Source: Selaginella moellendorffii (Eukaryota > Plantae > Lycopodiophyta). From it: a stretch of DNA of 64,000 bases. The position numbers and the translations under genes are program-made. The stretch is from NCBI RefSeq assembly GCF_000143415.4, contig NW_003314266.1, positions 3,480,398-3,544,397 of the forward strand, in the 5' to 3' direction. The notes below the pieces were generated by a model. The model saw only the letters and a program-made list of their open reading frames with translations, did not search any database and was not told the DNA's origin. Below are positions 25,080 through 38,147 of this stretch, piece after piece (position 1 is the stretch's first letter; every line of letters starts with the position of its first letter).

Positions 25080-27050
25080 TCAAATGGAGAGTGGAGCAGA
25101 GGAGCCTCCCAACAATACCAAGAGACACTCACATACAAGGTAATGCTGTCTAGATAGTGGTGACTTGCCATGCTTGCTCATGTGTGTTGTTGTCAGAGGC
25201 GTCCACCTTTTGGCGCAGTACCTGGCAATCAAAGAGAAGAGCGAGTATGGAGGTTTGAGATGGAAGAGTGAATGGATACCTTCACCAAACCGGTTTTCAG
25301 TGGTAGGGAAGACGTGAACATGGATAGTTGGAAGAGAGGAAGCTACTCCTACCACAAATCCTTGGCAACATTCTTTGTGAAAGAATAGAGGTGATAGCAC
25401 ATTTGTCACCAGGATTGTGAGGATGATGGACATCTGAGCTAGGACACTTGGTGACACATTGAGAGTCAGAGAGTCACAATTTCACAGTGATGTATATGGC
25501 GATGATAATATTTAAACATGAGTTTTCTTCTTTTTCCTGTGCACTGCACGTTTTCACAGGTCAAGGCTTAGCTGATGGATATCTTATCTATATGTTGTCT
25601 CGCGGTGCCTAACTAGAAGCATGAGACCGATGGATGCAAAAATGCAAGTTGGATTATCACTTTAGTGTCAGTGGCCTCGTTGTTGTGCCGCTCACTGGCT
25701 CAGCTCTAGTTGAGAAGTCAAGATTTTTCTTCTTTGTTTTTCATTGTGCAGGCAGCCCTAACCTTCCCGGAATCCAATCACCGGGAACTGGTGTTGCCTT
25801 GTGAACGAGGTCTCGAGGAAAGAGGGGACTTCAAGGTCTTAGCGTTTTTCCTTGCAGAATTTGATCACTACTGGCATAATCCAAAAAACGAATCTTTTTA
25901 TAATTGTGTTCGAATCATCACATTGTAGAGCACATATATAAGTTAGTGTTGTAAGAATTCAGAAAATAATGAACTTTGTAGTGGAAGGCTGCTATGGAAA
26001 AGCTTTTCATAAGCCATGAGCTTCCAAGAGATCATGCCACCCAGTTGCTTGTCTCTCCAAAACCTGAGATGGAGGACGTGACGTTGGCGAGGAGCTCTGA
26101 CTACGCCTGGCAAGGGAGCTCTATCACCGCCACCTTTGCCATCACTCGCGCCGCGCACCTCCGCCACTGGCGCCGCCAGCGTCGCCACCAGCGCGGCCTT
26201 GATCTGTGCCCTGGCGATCCTCTGGCTCCGGGCCCCGCCCGGCATCCTAGGCGTCGAGGCTGTTCTTGAGGATCAATCCGCGAGCCTGCGGCTCTCGGGC
26301 GGCTTGTCGTTGCTGGCGAGCTCTCCGCTGAGCGAGACGAGGAAGGCAGCCAAATTCTGGTCCTGGAACTGGCGGAGATTTTCCTCGGCGAGCTTGCGGA
26401 CGCTGCCATCGGTGGATTTACGCGTTGAGGTGGGTGACCTCCATGGCCATGGTTGTGGCCTCCGGGCTTTTGAACAGCTTTTGGATTAGTCCATGGATGG
26501 ATTCTCTTCATTCACTGCCACCACAAGCTTGGGTTTTTTCTCCCCGCACTGACAAACGCTACATGTCCCATTAGCAGTGACAACCTGCATCCCATTTCTG
26601 TTGATGGTGTGTTACTTTCTCCTTTCAGTCTATAGATGGAAGCTAAAACCGATTGCATCCAGACGACTGTGTGAGCTTGAAATTTTGGTTTTCTTGAGGA
26701 TACAATCTTAAGCCAACAAAAGAGATGGTCTTACACTTAAGATGAGAGCATGGATTCGTTAGAGGGTCACCACAGTTATGCTTTTCAATGAGAGTCCCAG
26801 GCAGTTGTCATTCTCTTCAACTTAAAGCAATGGAGGAATCTCTCTAGAGAATATGAAATAGAAGTACAAATTCTATGATCCAGACCAAGCTTACCCAGGC
26901 GTCTCCACAATTACATTTCATGAGGTGTGCATCATTTCCCTTTTGCCACCTCACTTTCGCCTCTAATTATAAAAAGCATTTATGTTATTAAGTCCATAAC
27001 TGGACTTGCCAAAGCATTTAAGGACGTGATTCAAACCTTGAGCACTTACA

Positions 27051-28040
27051 ATGGGTTCCAAAATCATCTTCCTTGTGTTTTTATATGTGATTGTTTCATG
27101 GGCTCAGATAGTCAGATTACCTTTGGACTCGACACAGTCTGGGCTTTGGGCAACCATCCCTGTCAATGGGGTTCCAATTTCATTTCTGGTGGACACAGGT
27201 TCAAGTGGAGCATTTGTTCTAGATGAACTAGATTTAGATGACATCCGGGAATCCTTTATTCAAGCTCCAGAGGTTGATGGTGTAGACTGTATTTATTGTA
27301 GAAACATAAGCTTTTCAAATGGCGTCTGGGTTAAAGGTCATGTCAAGAAAAGTAAATGGTTGGTTGATGGCAAATTGAGGCGAACCAGATTTTTGCTGGC
27401 AGATGAATGGATGACTAAAAGACCAGATGGATCTCGTGGAAACACAGTCAAAGCGTTGTTAGGCTTGAGCAGACGAATGGACTCGGTGGTTACTCAATGG
27501 AAATATACATCATTCAGTATTTTGTACACTGGTGTTTTTAGTGAACTAGTCTTTGGGGTTCCTGGACATCCTTACGATGCTAGTGTGGTTGGACTGGTTG
27601 AAAATCAAAACATCCTTACAACACGGGTGTATAGGATAAGTTATGGTTGGAAGTATGAAGAATATGCATTTGACATGCCATGGGACACGGGGAGTGAAGA
27701 TACTTGGTTTGAACCAAAAATTCTTAGAATAATTTCTGACATGATTAAAAGTAAGGTAAATGATATGTATTACAATCGAACACTTGACACTGGTTGTTCA
27801 CGTATGGGAAAGGCTTATATGGCAGACTTACCACCTATAGAGTTTGACCTTGGCAATCAAGTAACGTTAAGTATTCCAAAGTCGAAGTACATGTCAAAGT
27901 TTGTTGAGGGGGCTGGGCTTTGTTTAAACATTAAAGCTTCCAAGCCAGGTGAAAATATTATAGGTTTACCATTTCTGAAAAACCTAAGGGTTACATGTGA
28001 TTTTGCATCTCAAACTATGTCATACAAGCCAGAATATTAA
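27051..28040 (+). CDS. Secreted atypical pepsin-like (A1) aspartic protease, intronless, 329 aa
   Basis: Signal peptide; two catalytic motifs FLVDTGSS and PWDTGSEDT; ALLGLS; LPPIEFDL...GLCL; IIGLPFLKNLRVTCDF. Confidence 0.9.
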   Translation: MGSKIIFLVFLYVIVSWAQIVRLPLDSTQSGLWATIPVNGVPISFLVDTGSSGAFVLDELDLDDIRESFIQAPEVDGVDCIYCRNISFSNGVWVKGHVKKSKWLVDGKLRRTRFLLADEWMTKRPDGSRGNTVKALLGLSRRMDSVVTQWKYTSFSILYTGVFSELVFGVPGHPYDASVVGLVENQNILTTRVYRISYGWKYEEYAFDMPWDTGSEDTWFEPKILRIISDMIKSKVNDMYYNRTLDTGCSRMGKAYMADLPPIEFDLGNQVTLSIPKSKYMSKFVEGAGLCLNIKASKPGENIIGLPFLKNLRVTCDFASQTMSYKPEY

Positions 28041-29669
28041 TAACAAAATTTCATTTCATTTTCTTCTTTAATGTTACACTTTACTAGCTATTGAATTGTT
28101 TCGGAGGTGAAGATTTGATGGCGTAAACTGTGCCATTGTGGCCAACCCACAACCAAATCAATAAGGGACGAAACCAACCTTGAAAATCTGTCCTACCTGG
28201 ACTGATGGAAATGGTCATCTTGATCTTTGTTACTAATTTCCACTTCTTGACATGCTTCTAAGGATCCTGTGGCTTATTCTGAAGCACAATAAGAACTGCA
28301 TGAGGCATGCAATTTCAGCGGCCTGAGGGAAAAAGATTACTGGGAATGAAGAGTCATGCTTTGAAGTAGAATAATACCTTCAAGTGAGAAGTTGAAAACA
28401 CACTGCCTCAGGACAAATAATTTCAATACAGCCTTCAGTTTCATCCCAAATAGCAGTATTAGAGTTTTCAAGTCTTATGATTACTCTCACCTTCAAACCA
28501 CAATGACGATGAACGGAAAGAGTTGATTCCTCATCAAAACCCTGAAGGTGTTTCACGTCAGTGCTAAGAGTTATAGTGATTGCTTACTGACTTTAGCATT
28601 ATCTGCAAGTAAGAAAACCGCTGTTGCAAAAGTAGCACAAAACACGACCTGGAAAGCTGGATGAACACTATGTTCACCAGCAAACATATGAAGGTTTGAC
28701 AGGCAGATAGGAAACGCTGCCATATCCAGTTGTAAAAAATATTAAATGAATCACTGCATCAGTACTGGTATTCACTGACTTTTATCGTCATTGGGATGTT
28801 AAGGTCTGCAAAAAACAAGAATTAGCTTGACGAATTTACTGAAGTTGCACTGGAAGAATAAGTTCTGATAGTGAGATTACTACCGTGTATGCAAACTAAG
28901 GACGGCTAATACCTCTACTTGTTACTGTCACAATGTACAAAAAAAGAAATTCCTTCTTGGATCGTCCAAAGTCCATGATGGCGATCCCAGTCTCCAAAGT
29001 TTACTCCATCAACAACACTCGTGCAACACTACCACTTGGATAGGTATGGACACCAAACGCTTCACCACAAATGTCGACGAATAGGAGAGGATCGTGTCAG
29101 AGGAAGGATGCGAAGGAGGAGAGGCAGGTGGATCAGTGAAGCCCAGAGGTGGAAAACCTGGAAGAGTTTAGTAAACAAATATCAGAAGCATTCATGCACA
29201 AAATGAAAGGTTAAGTGTAGTTAGGATATATCAACACTGAAGGAGTTGTCAATAGCTTTTTAAAATCCATGAATGTTCACTCACAATCCGGAGATCAGAT
29301 GAAAAATGATGTTGATGACTTTAACAACGCTCACAACGGTGTAATGCGATCAAAAAGATGATCCACAAAATGACCGAGATACTGCACCTTGCCCAGGAAA
29401 CGCTGCACATCATTCACACACTTTGGAGTAGGGAATTTTAGAATAGTCACAAGTTTATCAAAATCAACTTATAAACCCTCATGAGAAATACAATACCCAA
29501 AATAAATCGTGTCCTTAGTCCCAAACACGCACCTCGATTGCTTCAGCTTAAACTAATGTCCCGTAAATGATCCAACACTTTACAAACATCATGGACATGC
29601 TCCTCTCAAGTCCCCTCCGAGTGAATCAAGACATCAATCAATGAAGTCAGTAGTCACCTTTGGGATATT

Positions 29670-30041
29670 TGGAAACCTCCCCTAACACATGCACGCCCAG
29701 GAGCAGCTCCACTCAGGACTGAAAGCCAGGTTCAAACGGCTACTAGTTTATTTCTATTCTAGGCATATGCTGGAGGTTAGAACCACCAACAGAAGAGTGG
29801 TTTTGAAAGACCCCAGCGCGGCTAGGGTTCCCCATCTCCTTTCCCATTCCATTGTACTTCAAGACTCCTGAATCGCAACCCCCCTATTTGCATTATCTTT
29901 GACTTGAGTCTCTCTCCCCGCCGATCCACCACTTCTTTCACCCCTCTTCAGCTGGCGACCTCCGGAGATCAGATGCCAGCTCTCAGATCTAGTTCTAGCG
30001 GTAGCAGCATTCTCATCCGCCTCACATTTTCCCATTAAACA
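29670..30041 (+). repeat. 5' LTR
   Basis: Direct repeat of 40268-40639; about 9 substitutions counted by eye. Confidence 0.98.
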
Positions 30042-30043
30042 TT

Positions 30044-30061
30044 TGGCGACCACGGTGGGAT
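30044..30061 (+). promoter_or_regulatory. Primer binding site, probably tRNA-Arg
   Basis: tggcgaccacggtggga, 2 nt after the LTR; complementary to a tRNA 3' end ...UCCCACCGUGGUCGCCA resembling plant tRNA-Arg(UCG). Confidence 0.75.
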
Positions 30062-30103
30062 GGATCGCTGAGAGAGATTAAGGAACAAGAACCTGGTAAC
30101 CAT

Positions 30104-31560
30104 TTGCATTTTTTGAAATTTTCTTGTTTGCAGAGATTCAAGAACTTCAAGAACCACTCTTTCTCTCCACATCGAGTATGCCACCACCAACATGGGTACC
30201 CGGAACATGCCTCGCTGCAGCGACCACTAGAGGAAGAAAACTACACCAGCAAATTTTCGAAGAAATTAAAGATCTTTCAACGAGACCTCCTAGCGCTCTA
30301 TCTGAATGAGGAGAAGAAGACCTTTGCAATCAACCCCAACATCAGCACCGAACTCTTCACCGGCCAGCACCAAGGAACCGACAGCAAGCCCGAGCATCTC
30401 CTCCGAGATTTTCTCCGACCAGCAATCTGAGAGCCCAACTCCGAATTTGAGCAGAAGAACACCGGCTGCAAGCCAGAGAACTCGCCGGCAGAGCCTCCGA
30501 ACTCTTCTCCGACAACAGCTCTGCTTTATTGACCAGACAGAAGAACAGCAAGAATTCCGGCAACAGATCTTCCCAACCAACGCTTCTTCCACACATCAGC
30601 CGCACGTTCTCCTACGACGAGCCTCCGACACTCTATCCCGGCATCGGCCAAGTCACCGAAGGAAAGCTCCCGAACGCACTGACAATCTTCCGACAAACTC
30701 TCCGACTGAGCACCCAAACCAGCACCGAGGACATCATCCGACGATGACACGACGCTAATCTCCACGCTGCCAAGACTCTGTTCGACCATGCCATCGAGTA
30801 CGCCGGCCTAGAGACCATTGACGACGAAATTGGGTCTGATCACCCCAACCAGTCCAACTATCCGAAACTCTTCGTCGAGCATCATCTCGGAACCGGCACC
30901 TGGAAGACCAGCCTGCACTCAGCACCTCGTCTCGACAAATCGATTGGAGACTCCACCGACAAGCCCAAGCCGAAGAAAGAAACGAAGAAGAAACTCCTAG
31001 AGTACGACTGCTACCCACTTCCGGATGAGTTTTCCTCTGAGCGCCCGAACACCAGCCCGGACGACATCCCAACAACTTCTTCGACCAACCTGCATGACAG
31101 CTCTCCAATCACTGCTACACCGAATCAGTCAACTCCCCGACGAGCTCCAAAAAATCATCTGGCAGAAGACTCGCGACCTTCTTCCGGCAACACACTTTGT
31201 TCAATTGACTGACGGCATCCTCCTACTAGCATCGAGTTTGTCTGACACATCGTTCGACACATCTTTCACCACATCTTTCATCTTTGCATAGTAACCATTA
31301 GAAGATTATACAATAACTACTGCTGAAGACTAGCTTCGAAGCTGCAGGCCTGAAGATATTTCCGGAGCCTTGAGATTATTGTCGACACTGATTCGACATT
31401 CAGCCAGATACCCGACAACATCACCGACAACCAAGTCGAGAGTTTGATGAAGACCTTCATCCCCGAGATACCAACATCCAAGATAGTTTTAGTGTACAAG
31501 AACCCACGGCCGAAGAGAGCCGCATGAACAAGCCGAGGAAAGCAGCCAGCAAACAACTAG
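30104..31560 (+). pseudogene. Extra 5' ORF(s) of the retrotransposon, unknown function
   Basis: About 1.4 kb of coding-like sequence upstream of gag, broken by stops; includes ISQLPDELQKIIWQK at about 31125-31170. Confidence 0.5.
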
Positions 31561-34500
31561 AAGACACCGAAAGACTTCAACGATACCTCCAGCGAGAGTT
31601 GAAGAGACTAGAGAAAGAGAGAAAAGAAAAAGCCACCCAGTGGTCCCACTTTGTACAAGTTTCTGAAAGAGAAAGATACATTACTGATGAATTGTTTCCC
31701 AAAATTGCAGCCAGCGAAGACGCCGGAAGGATTTTAGAAGGCTACCAGAATTTTAGGACACCGCCTGCTTCTCCGACTGCAGCACCAGAGAACCCGCCAG
31801 AGACCCAGCCGGAAGTTCAGCACACTCCCCAGCACAGCTTCCACAACCCACTCTTCCAAGGACAGACCGACCCAAGAACTTATTTCTCCTGGACTGTACT
31901 GACAGCTTCACCAGTAGTCATTGGCACACTTTTTTTGACACCAGTATCAGCTTCTACCTCGACAACACCATTCACCTCCGCACCGGACTTCTACAACTTC
32001 CAGCAACAACCAGACTCCCCGAAGCTCAACTCAGTCGAATACGGCCTTCGACCGATATACATTGTCGACCCAGATGATCGACCAGCACATCACCAGAAAT
32101 ACGAGTTCGGCCAATCCTCCGAATACACACTTGACCAACTTTTCGACCAGGCGTTCAGCAGACCCCACCAACAACCAGAACCAGACATTGATCTTCAGCA
32201 ACCGGACTTACAGGTAATACTCCGACAATCCTCTCTGGAGACCTTACTGAAGCCTCCCGGAGAACCTCTGCTACCATCAACATCAACACTGCCACCACAG
32301 AACACTCCACCAACTGCTCCGTCAAACGTCCTGCCAAACGCTCCACCGAACACTCTGTCACACAGTCTACCAGACATTCCCCCAGACATCGTCACCATGA
32401 CAATGGTACTCCCCAACACGGTCATCGGCAAGCTTGTCACCTACCCACAATTCAAAGGAAAGAAGACCGAAGACCCAGAAAAGCACGTCATTCGCTTCAA
32501 GGAGGCTGCCCGAGTCAACGGCCAGCAAGACAACCTCGCATTCCTCTTCGGCTGCACCCTCAAAGGACGCGCCGGAGAATGGCTCCAGACGACCGACCCG
32601 AAACTCACCTTCGACGAGCTCACCAAAGCCTTCACCGACCACTTCAAGTCAGCACTCAGCCAGTCAGAGAAGCTTCAGAAGATACAGAACATCAAGATGC
32701 GTACTAGCGAAACTCTCGAAGAATACACCGAACGCTTCACCAAACACGCCAACCGCTGCAAGAGCTCTTCTACTGACATACTTTTATACCAGTGGTACAT
32801 GCAGGGACTAGCTTCACACTTGAAGAAAGCCGCCACCAAAATCGACACCAGTGATTACAAGACTCTTTCCAAAGACTTGAAAGAAGTTCAAATCCGCCGA
32901 CAAACTGCCCGAGTTGATGAACTGGAAGACTTCGACTCCGAGGAAGATGAGGACGACCTCCTCGACAGGCTCACCAGCAAGTCCAAGGACAAAGTCGGCA
33001 TCTGAAAGATCCAGAAGCTCCTCACCAAATTCACTGCATCCGGCGACAAATCCGACGTCCGAACCAGCGTCTGGTGCACAAAATGCAAGAATGAAGGACA
33101 CTCAGCCACCGACTGCAAACTCCAGCTCGTCAAGTGCCAAATCTGCGGGAGAGACAACCATGACGCCAAGACATGCAGATTCCGCAGCCAACCTGAAGTC
33201 CGACAAATCTCCAACTTCCCCTGGAGACCTCCCCGACAGCCTGAGTATTTGACCCAATATCCAGCCGCACCTCCGAACAACTGGCGACAGCCCCGGAACA
33301 ACTACCTGCCACGACAATGGAACGCACCACCAAGATTCAACAACAACTACAACAACCGACCCTACTTCAATGACCGATACCAACAACCCGACAACCGGCC
33401 ATACCAACAATACCGACAAAACCAGATGGACTACAACAACAGCCAAGCCTATCCACGCTACCAGAATCAAGGGTATCAAGGCTACAACCGATATCAAGGC
33501 TATCAAGACCAGAGATATCAAGGCAACTACAACCACCGCTCATGGCAACCCCGAATCCCAAACCAGCCCGGCCCTCCGAGACTCGGACCGCCGCCGCCTA
33601 GACAGCCAGACCAACAGCAACAGCAACCACCGGCAACCAAACTCATCGAAGCCGACGAACTCCCATTTCCCGAAGAAGACCCCGAACCACAAGTTCTGGC
33701 AGTCCAGACTCAAGCACAACTTCGAGCACAGCACCAACAACGACCGGATAAAGACTCAAACACCAAAGATGACACGGGCTCAGAGCGCCCAAAACAAACC
33801 CTGGAGTGGAAGAAACGCCAACAGCTAGCTGCCAAAGTACAAAAGCACCTTACTCAACAGCCACCCGAACTAGTCATCCTCGACTCCGAAGACGAAGAAC
33901 AGCCCAAGTCAAGCACACAGCAACAGAGAAACCAGCCGACAGCTTCACCGGCACAACTCTTGGCCAACTCGATTGGAGATACAACTGTCGCCAAATCCAT
34001 CCTCACCCAGAACATCCAGATCATTGTCGGCCAGCTTCTGAAGATCGCTCCATATCTCGTCAACCAACTGGTAAGTCTGACTAACCCTCCGGACACACCT
34101 CCAATGGACGCCCCAGCACTGAATACCAGCAAGGACACTGTCGACGCCTTTCAAGCTGAGATACAACCCGGAGACTGCGACAATGAAGTTCCAACCATCG
34201 ACCTCCGAATCGGCCGACACCAAGTCCGAGGAGCCATGCTTGACGGTGGCTCTGGCGTCAACATCATTGAAGAGAGTCTCGTCCGACAAATCAACCTCGG
34301 TCTAGTTGAGCCAGCACCATTTAACGTCCGAATGGCCGACCACCGATCAGTCTGACCTCGAGGAATAATCCAGAACGTCATCACCAATATCAGAGGCATC
34401 AGAGTTCCAGTCAACTACGTCATCCTCAAGCTTCCGAAGGATTCCGACGGCTACGCAGTCCTCCTCGGACGCCTGTGGCTCAAACATGCTCGAGCAATGC

Positions 34501-37500
34501 ACAACTGGCCGACCAACCAGATCTTCCTCCAAGGCTCGCAAGGTCCAGTAACAGTCTCGACAAACTCGTCAAAACATCTTCCAACGAACATCCGACCGGT
34601 CGACCTCGAAGACTATGACCTCGAAACCGGCCTCGACGACTATGAAGAACAGCAAATACTCTGAGCCTACCCCGACCTCGAACTGCTCGCCGAAATCGAC
34701 ATCTTCAGAGTAGAAGCCGACTTCAGCCGAGAGCGACCTCAGCTTACCGAAGCATTGAAGAACCCGACAACCAGAGACACCACCATCGCCACTCAGCCAG
34801 CATTCATTGTTGACTCCGACCAGAAAGTCATCTATGTCTCGACAATACCGACCAACCAACCTCTCGAGAAGATCAACCTTGCCACCGACCAGAATCAGCA
34901 TCACATCATCCTCGCCAAAGACATCTCTGAGAGTTTCTGGAACAAAGGCCTGAGACTCCTCCGGAAGAAAAAGCACTTGTTTGCTTGGAGCTACAAAGAC
35001 CTGAAAGGAGTCTCGCCGGACTTATGTCTGCACACCATCACCCTCCTCCCAGATGCCCGGCCGAAGCGACAGGCACCTTACCGGATGAACCCAAACCTCA
35101 TGGAGCAAGTCAAGAAGGAGCTCAACAAACTCCTCGAAGTTGAATACATCTACCCGATCCAGAATCCGATCTGGTTGTCTCCTCTGGTCGTTGTGCCGAA
35201 GAAAAACGGCAAGCTCCGAATCTGCGTCAACTACAAGCAGCTCAACGACGTAACCGAGAAAGATATCTTCCCGATACCCTTCACCGACGAAGTTCTTGAT
35301 GCAGTCACCGGACACGAAATGTACTCCTTCCTTGACGGATTTTCTGGCTACAATCAGATCACCATCGCCCAAGAAGACCAGCACAAGACAGCATTCATCA
35401 GCCCATGGGGAGCATACGCCTACTGAAGAATGCCTTTCGGCCTCTGCAATGCACCCTTCACTTTCCAGCGACTCGTCACCAACACCTTCCGAGACTACCT
35501 CACCGACTTCATGCGAGTCTTCATGGACGACTTCAGTGTCTTCAGCTCTGAAGACCGCCATCTCAAATGCCTCGAGAAATGCCTCGAGAAGTGTGAAAAA
35601 AATAACATCGCCCTCAACCCCGAGAAATGCGCCTTCTTCGTCAAGTCCGGAGTACTTCTCAGCCACATTGTCTGCAAAGATGGCATACTCATCGCCAAGG
35701 ACAAAGTCGAAGTCATACTTCAGCTCGACCCGCCAAAGAACCAGAAGGAACTCCGAAGATTTCTCGGCAAGATCAAATACCACCGAAGATTCATCCACAA
35801 GTACGCCGACATCACCAAACCTCTCACCGACGGCCTCCGGCTCGATGCCCAGTGGATCTGGTCGGACACTCCAGACAGCATTTGACAACCTCAAGCTCAA
35901 GCTCACTACCGCACCAATACTCGCCAAACCAGACTGGACCAAAGAGTTCCATATCCACGTCGACACCTCTGACATCGGCACTGGCACAGTGCTTAGCCAA
36001 GCCCAGAGGGACAACCGAGACCAGCCGATTTACTACACAAGCAGACTACTCACCTTGACAGAATGCAACTACACCACCACCGAGAAAGAAGCCCTCGGCA
36101 TGGTATACGCCCTCCAGAAGTTTCGGCACTACATTCTTTCGAGCAAAGTCATCTTCTTTGTTGACCACAAGGCCCTCCTTTACCTCATCAACAAGCCCAT
36201 ACTCTCCGGCCGAATTTCCAGATGGTTCCTTCTACTCCAAGAGTACAACTTCGAAATCGTCCACAAGCCCGGCCGACAGCATGAACAAGCCGACTTCCTT
36301 AGCCGCATCAGCACCGGAGAATCGCCCGATCGACTCGTTGACGATTTGCCCGACTCCAACCTTTTCCGAATTTCAGTACCAGCAACATGGCTCGACGACA
36401 TCTTTGCCTACCTCAGCTCAGCAAAAGTCCCAGCTCAGCATACAACGCCAGACCAGAGAAAGACTTTTGTCTCGAAAACCCGCCGGTACTCCATCATCGG
36501 CGGCAGCCTCTACAAACTCGGCATCGACAACATACTTAGAAGATGCGTCAAAGTTCCAGAGACCCTCCGGATTATAAACGAAGCACATTCTGGACTGTCC
36601 GGCGGCCACTTCGCCTCCGACACAACCGTCTGGAAGATTCTCCAGTCAGGACTCTGGTGGCCGACAATGTGGCGAGACACCAAAGACTTCTGCCGGAAAT
36701 GCGACACCTGCCAGAGGAATCGACTTCCGCCGAAAACTCAGGGTCAACCGCTCAACCCAACCTTCCCGGTTGCGCCTTTCCAGAGATGGGGACTCAACTT
36801 CGTCGGACCCCAAATCACCACAGCCCAGAAGAACCAGTACATCATTGTCGCCACTGACTACGCCACCAAATGGGCCGAAGCAGCTCCACTCAAGCACGCA
36901 ACCGCCAAGGCAACAGCCAAGTTCATCTACGAGAACATCATCACCCGCTTCAGAACACCACTCGAACTCGTCACCGACCGCGGCAGCCACTTCATCAACG
37001 AAACCATCGGACACCTTACCGAAGAGTTCCAGATCCAACACAAGACATCAATGCCCTACTACCTGCAAGGCAACGGCCAAGCTGAAGCCACCAACAAGAC
37101 GCTCAAGACAATTCTCAAGAAAGTCATCAGTGATTCCGGCAAAGATTGGGACTAGAAACTCGGAGACGTTCTCTGGGCCTACCGGACAGCATACAAGATC
37201 ACCACCGACATGACACCATTCAAGCTCGCCTTCGGAATAGAAGCCATAACACCAATCGAGTTCATCATTCCCAGCATGCGTATCGTGGTGAAGTACAACC
37301 TAGATCCCCGGCACATCTTCCGGCAACGACTGCTTGAACTCGAGAAACTCAACGAGCTCCGACTCACCGCCTTGTGGACCCTCCACACCATCCAGAAGCA
37401 AAGAAAAGCCCGGCACGACCGAAGACTCACTCGAAACAAGACTCCGAAGTACTCTCCCGGCGATCATGTACTCTGGTATCGAGGACCAATCACTCAGCTC

Positions 37501-37640
37501 AGCAACAAGCTCAAAACCAAGTGGCAAGGACCTTTCATCATCACCGAACTCTACCCCAACTCGACAGCGAAAGTCGCCACCCTCGCCGGAGACTTCACCG
37601 AAACTGTCAACCTCAACAAGCTCCGACCATACTACGTCGA
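31524..37640 (+). pseudogene. gag-pol polyprotein (inactivated)
   Basis: Capsid FKGKKTEDPEKHV..TLKGRAGEW; two zinc knuckles CTKCKNEGHSATDC and CQICGRDNHDAKTC; protease LDGGSGVNII; RT FMDDF; RH DTSDIGTG; IN HSGLSGGH..CDTCQ, TDRGSHF, KWQGPF. Stops at 33003, 34353, 34663, 35424, 37153 and a frameshift at about 35850. Confidence 0.97.
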
Positions 37641-38147
37641 CCTCTGCAACATCCAGACCACCTTTCAGCAACACTTCCAACCGCAACTCGTTACCGGAAC
37701 TGAGAGATTCCCCGAACACTCTCCCGGCCACTCGAACCGAACACTCGACACCAGCCGTCCGTACCGAGAAGCAACACCAGATGATACCACAATGGGCATC
37801 ATCGACAATCAGCAAGCCTCATGGCATCAACAACGGCCAACACGCTACTCAGAAACCATCACCAGCAACTTCTCTCGGACAACCCTCCAGTCGCCACTCA
37901 ACTCGGCACAAAACGCTAAGTCCCAAGCTACCATCCGATCAACTCCACGAGATCAGATCTGCACCGTCCAACAACTCTCAATCTCAGCCGCCAGATCATC
38001 ATCTCCACAACAGATCACAGCCCTCAGATCTTGGCACACAATCGCCACCGTTCAAACTAAACCCCACCAAGTTTCACGGGACACAAACCTAAGTCGCCAA
38101 CAGCAGCTCGCCAGCACCCTTTCCAGCGCGCCACCAGCTCCAGCAAC

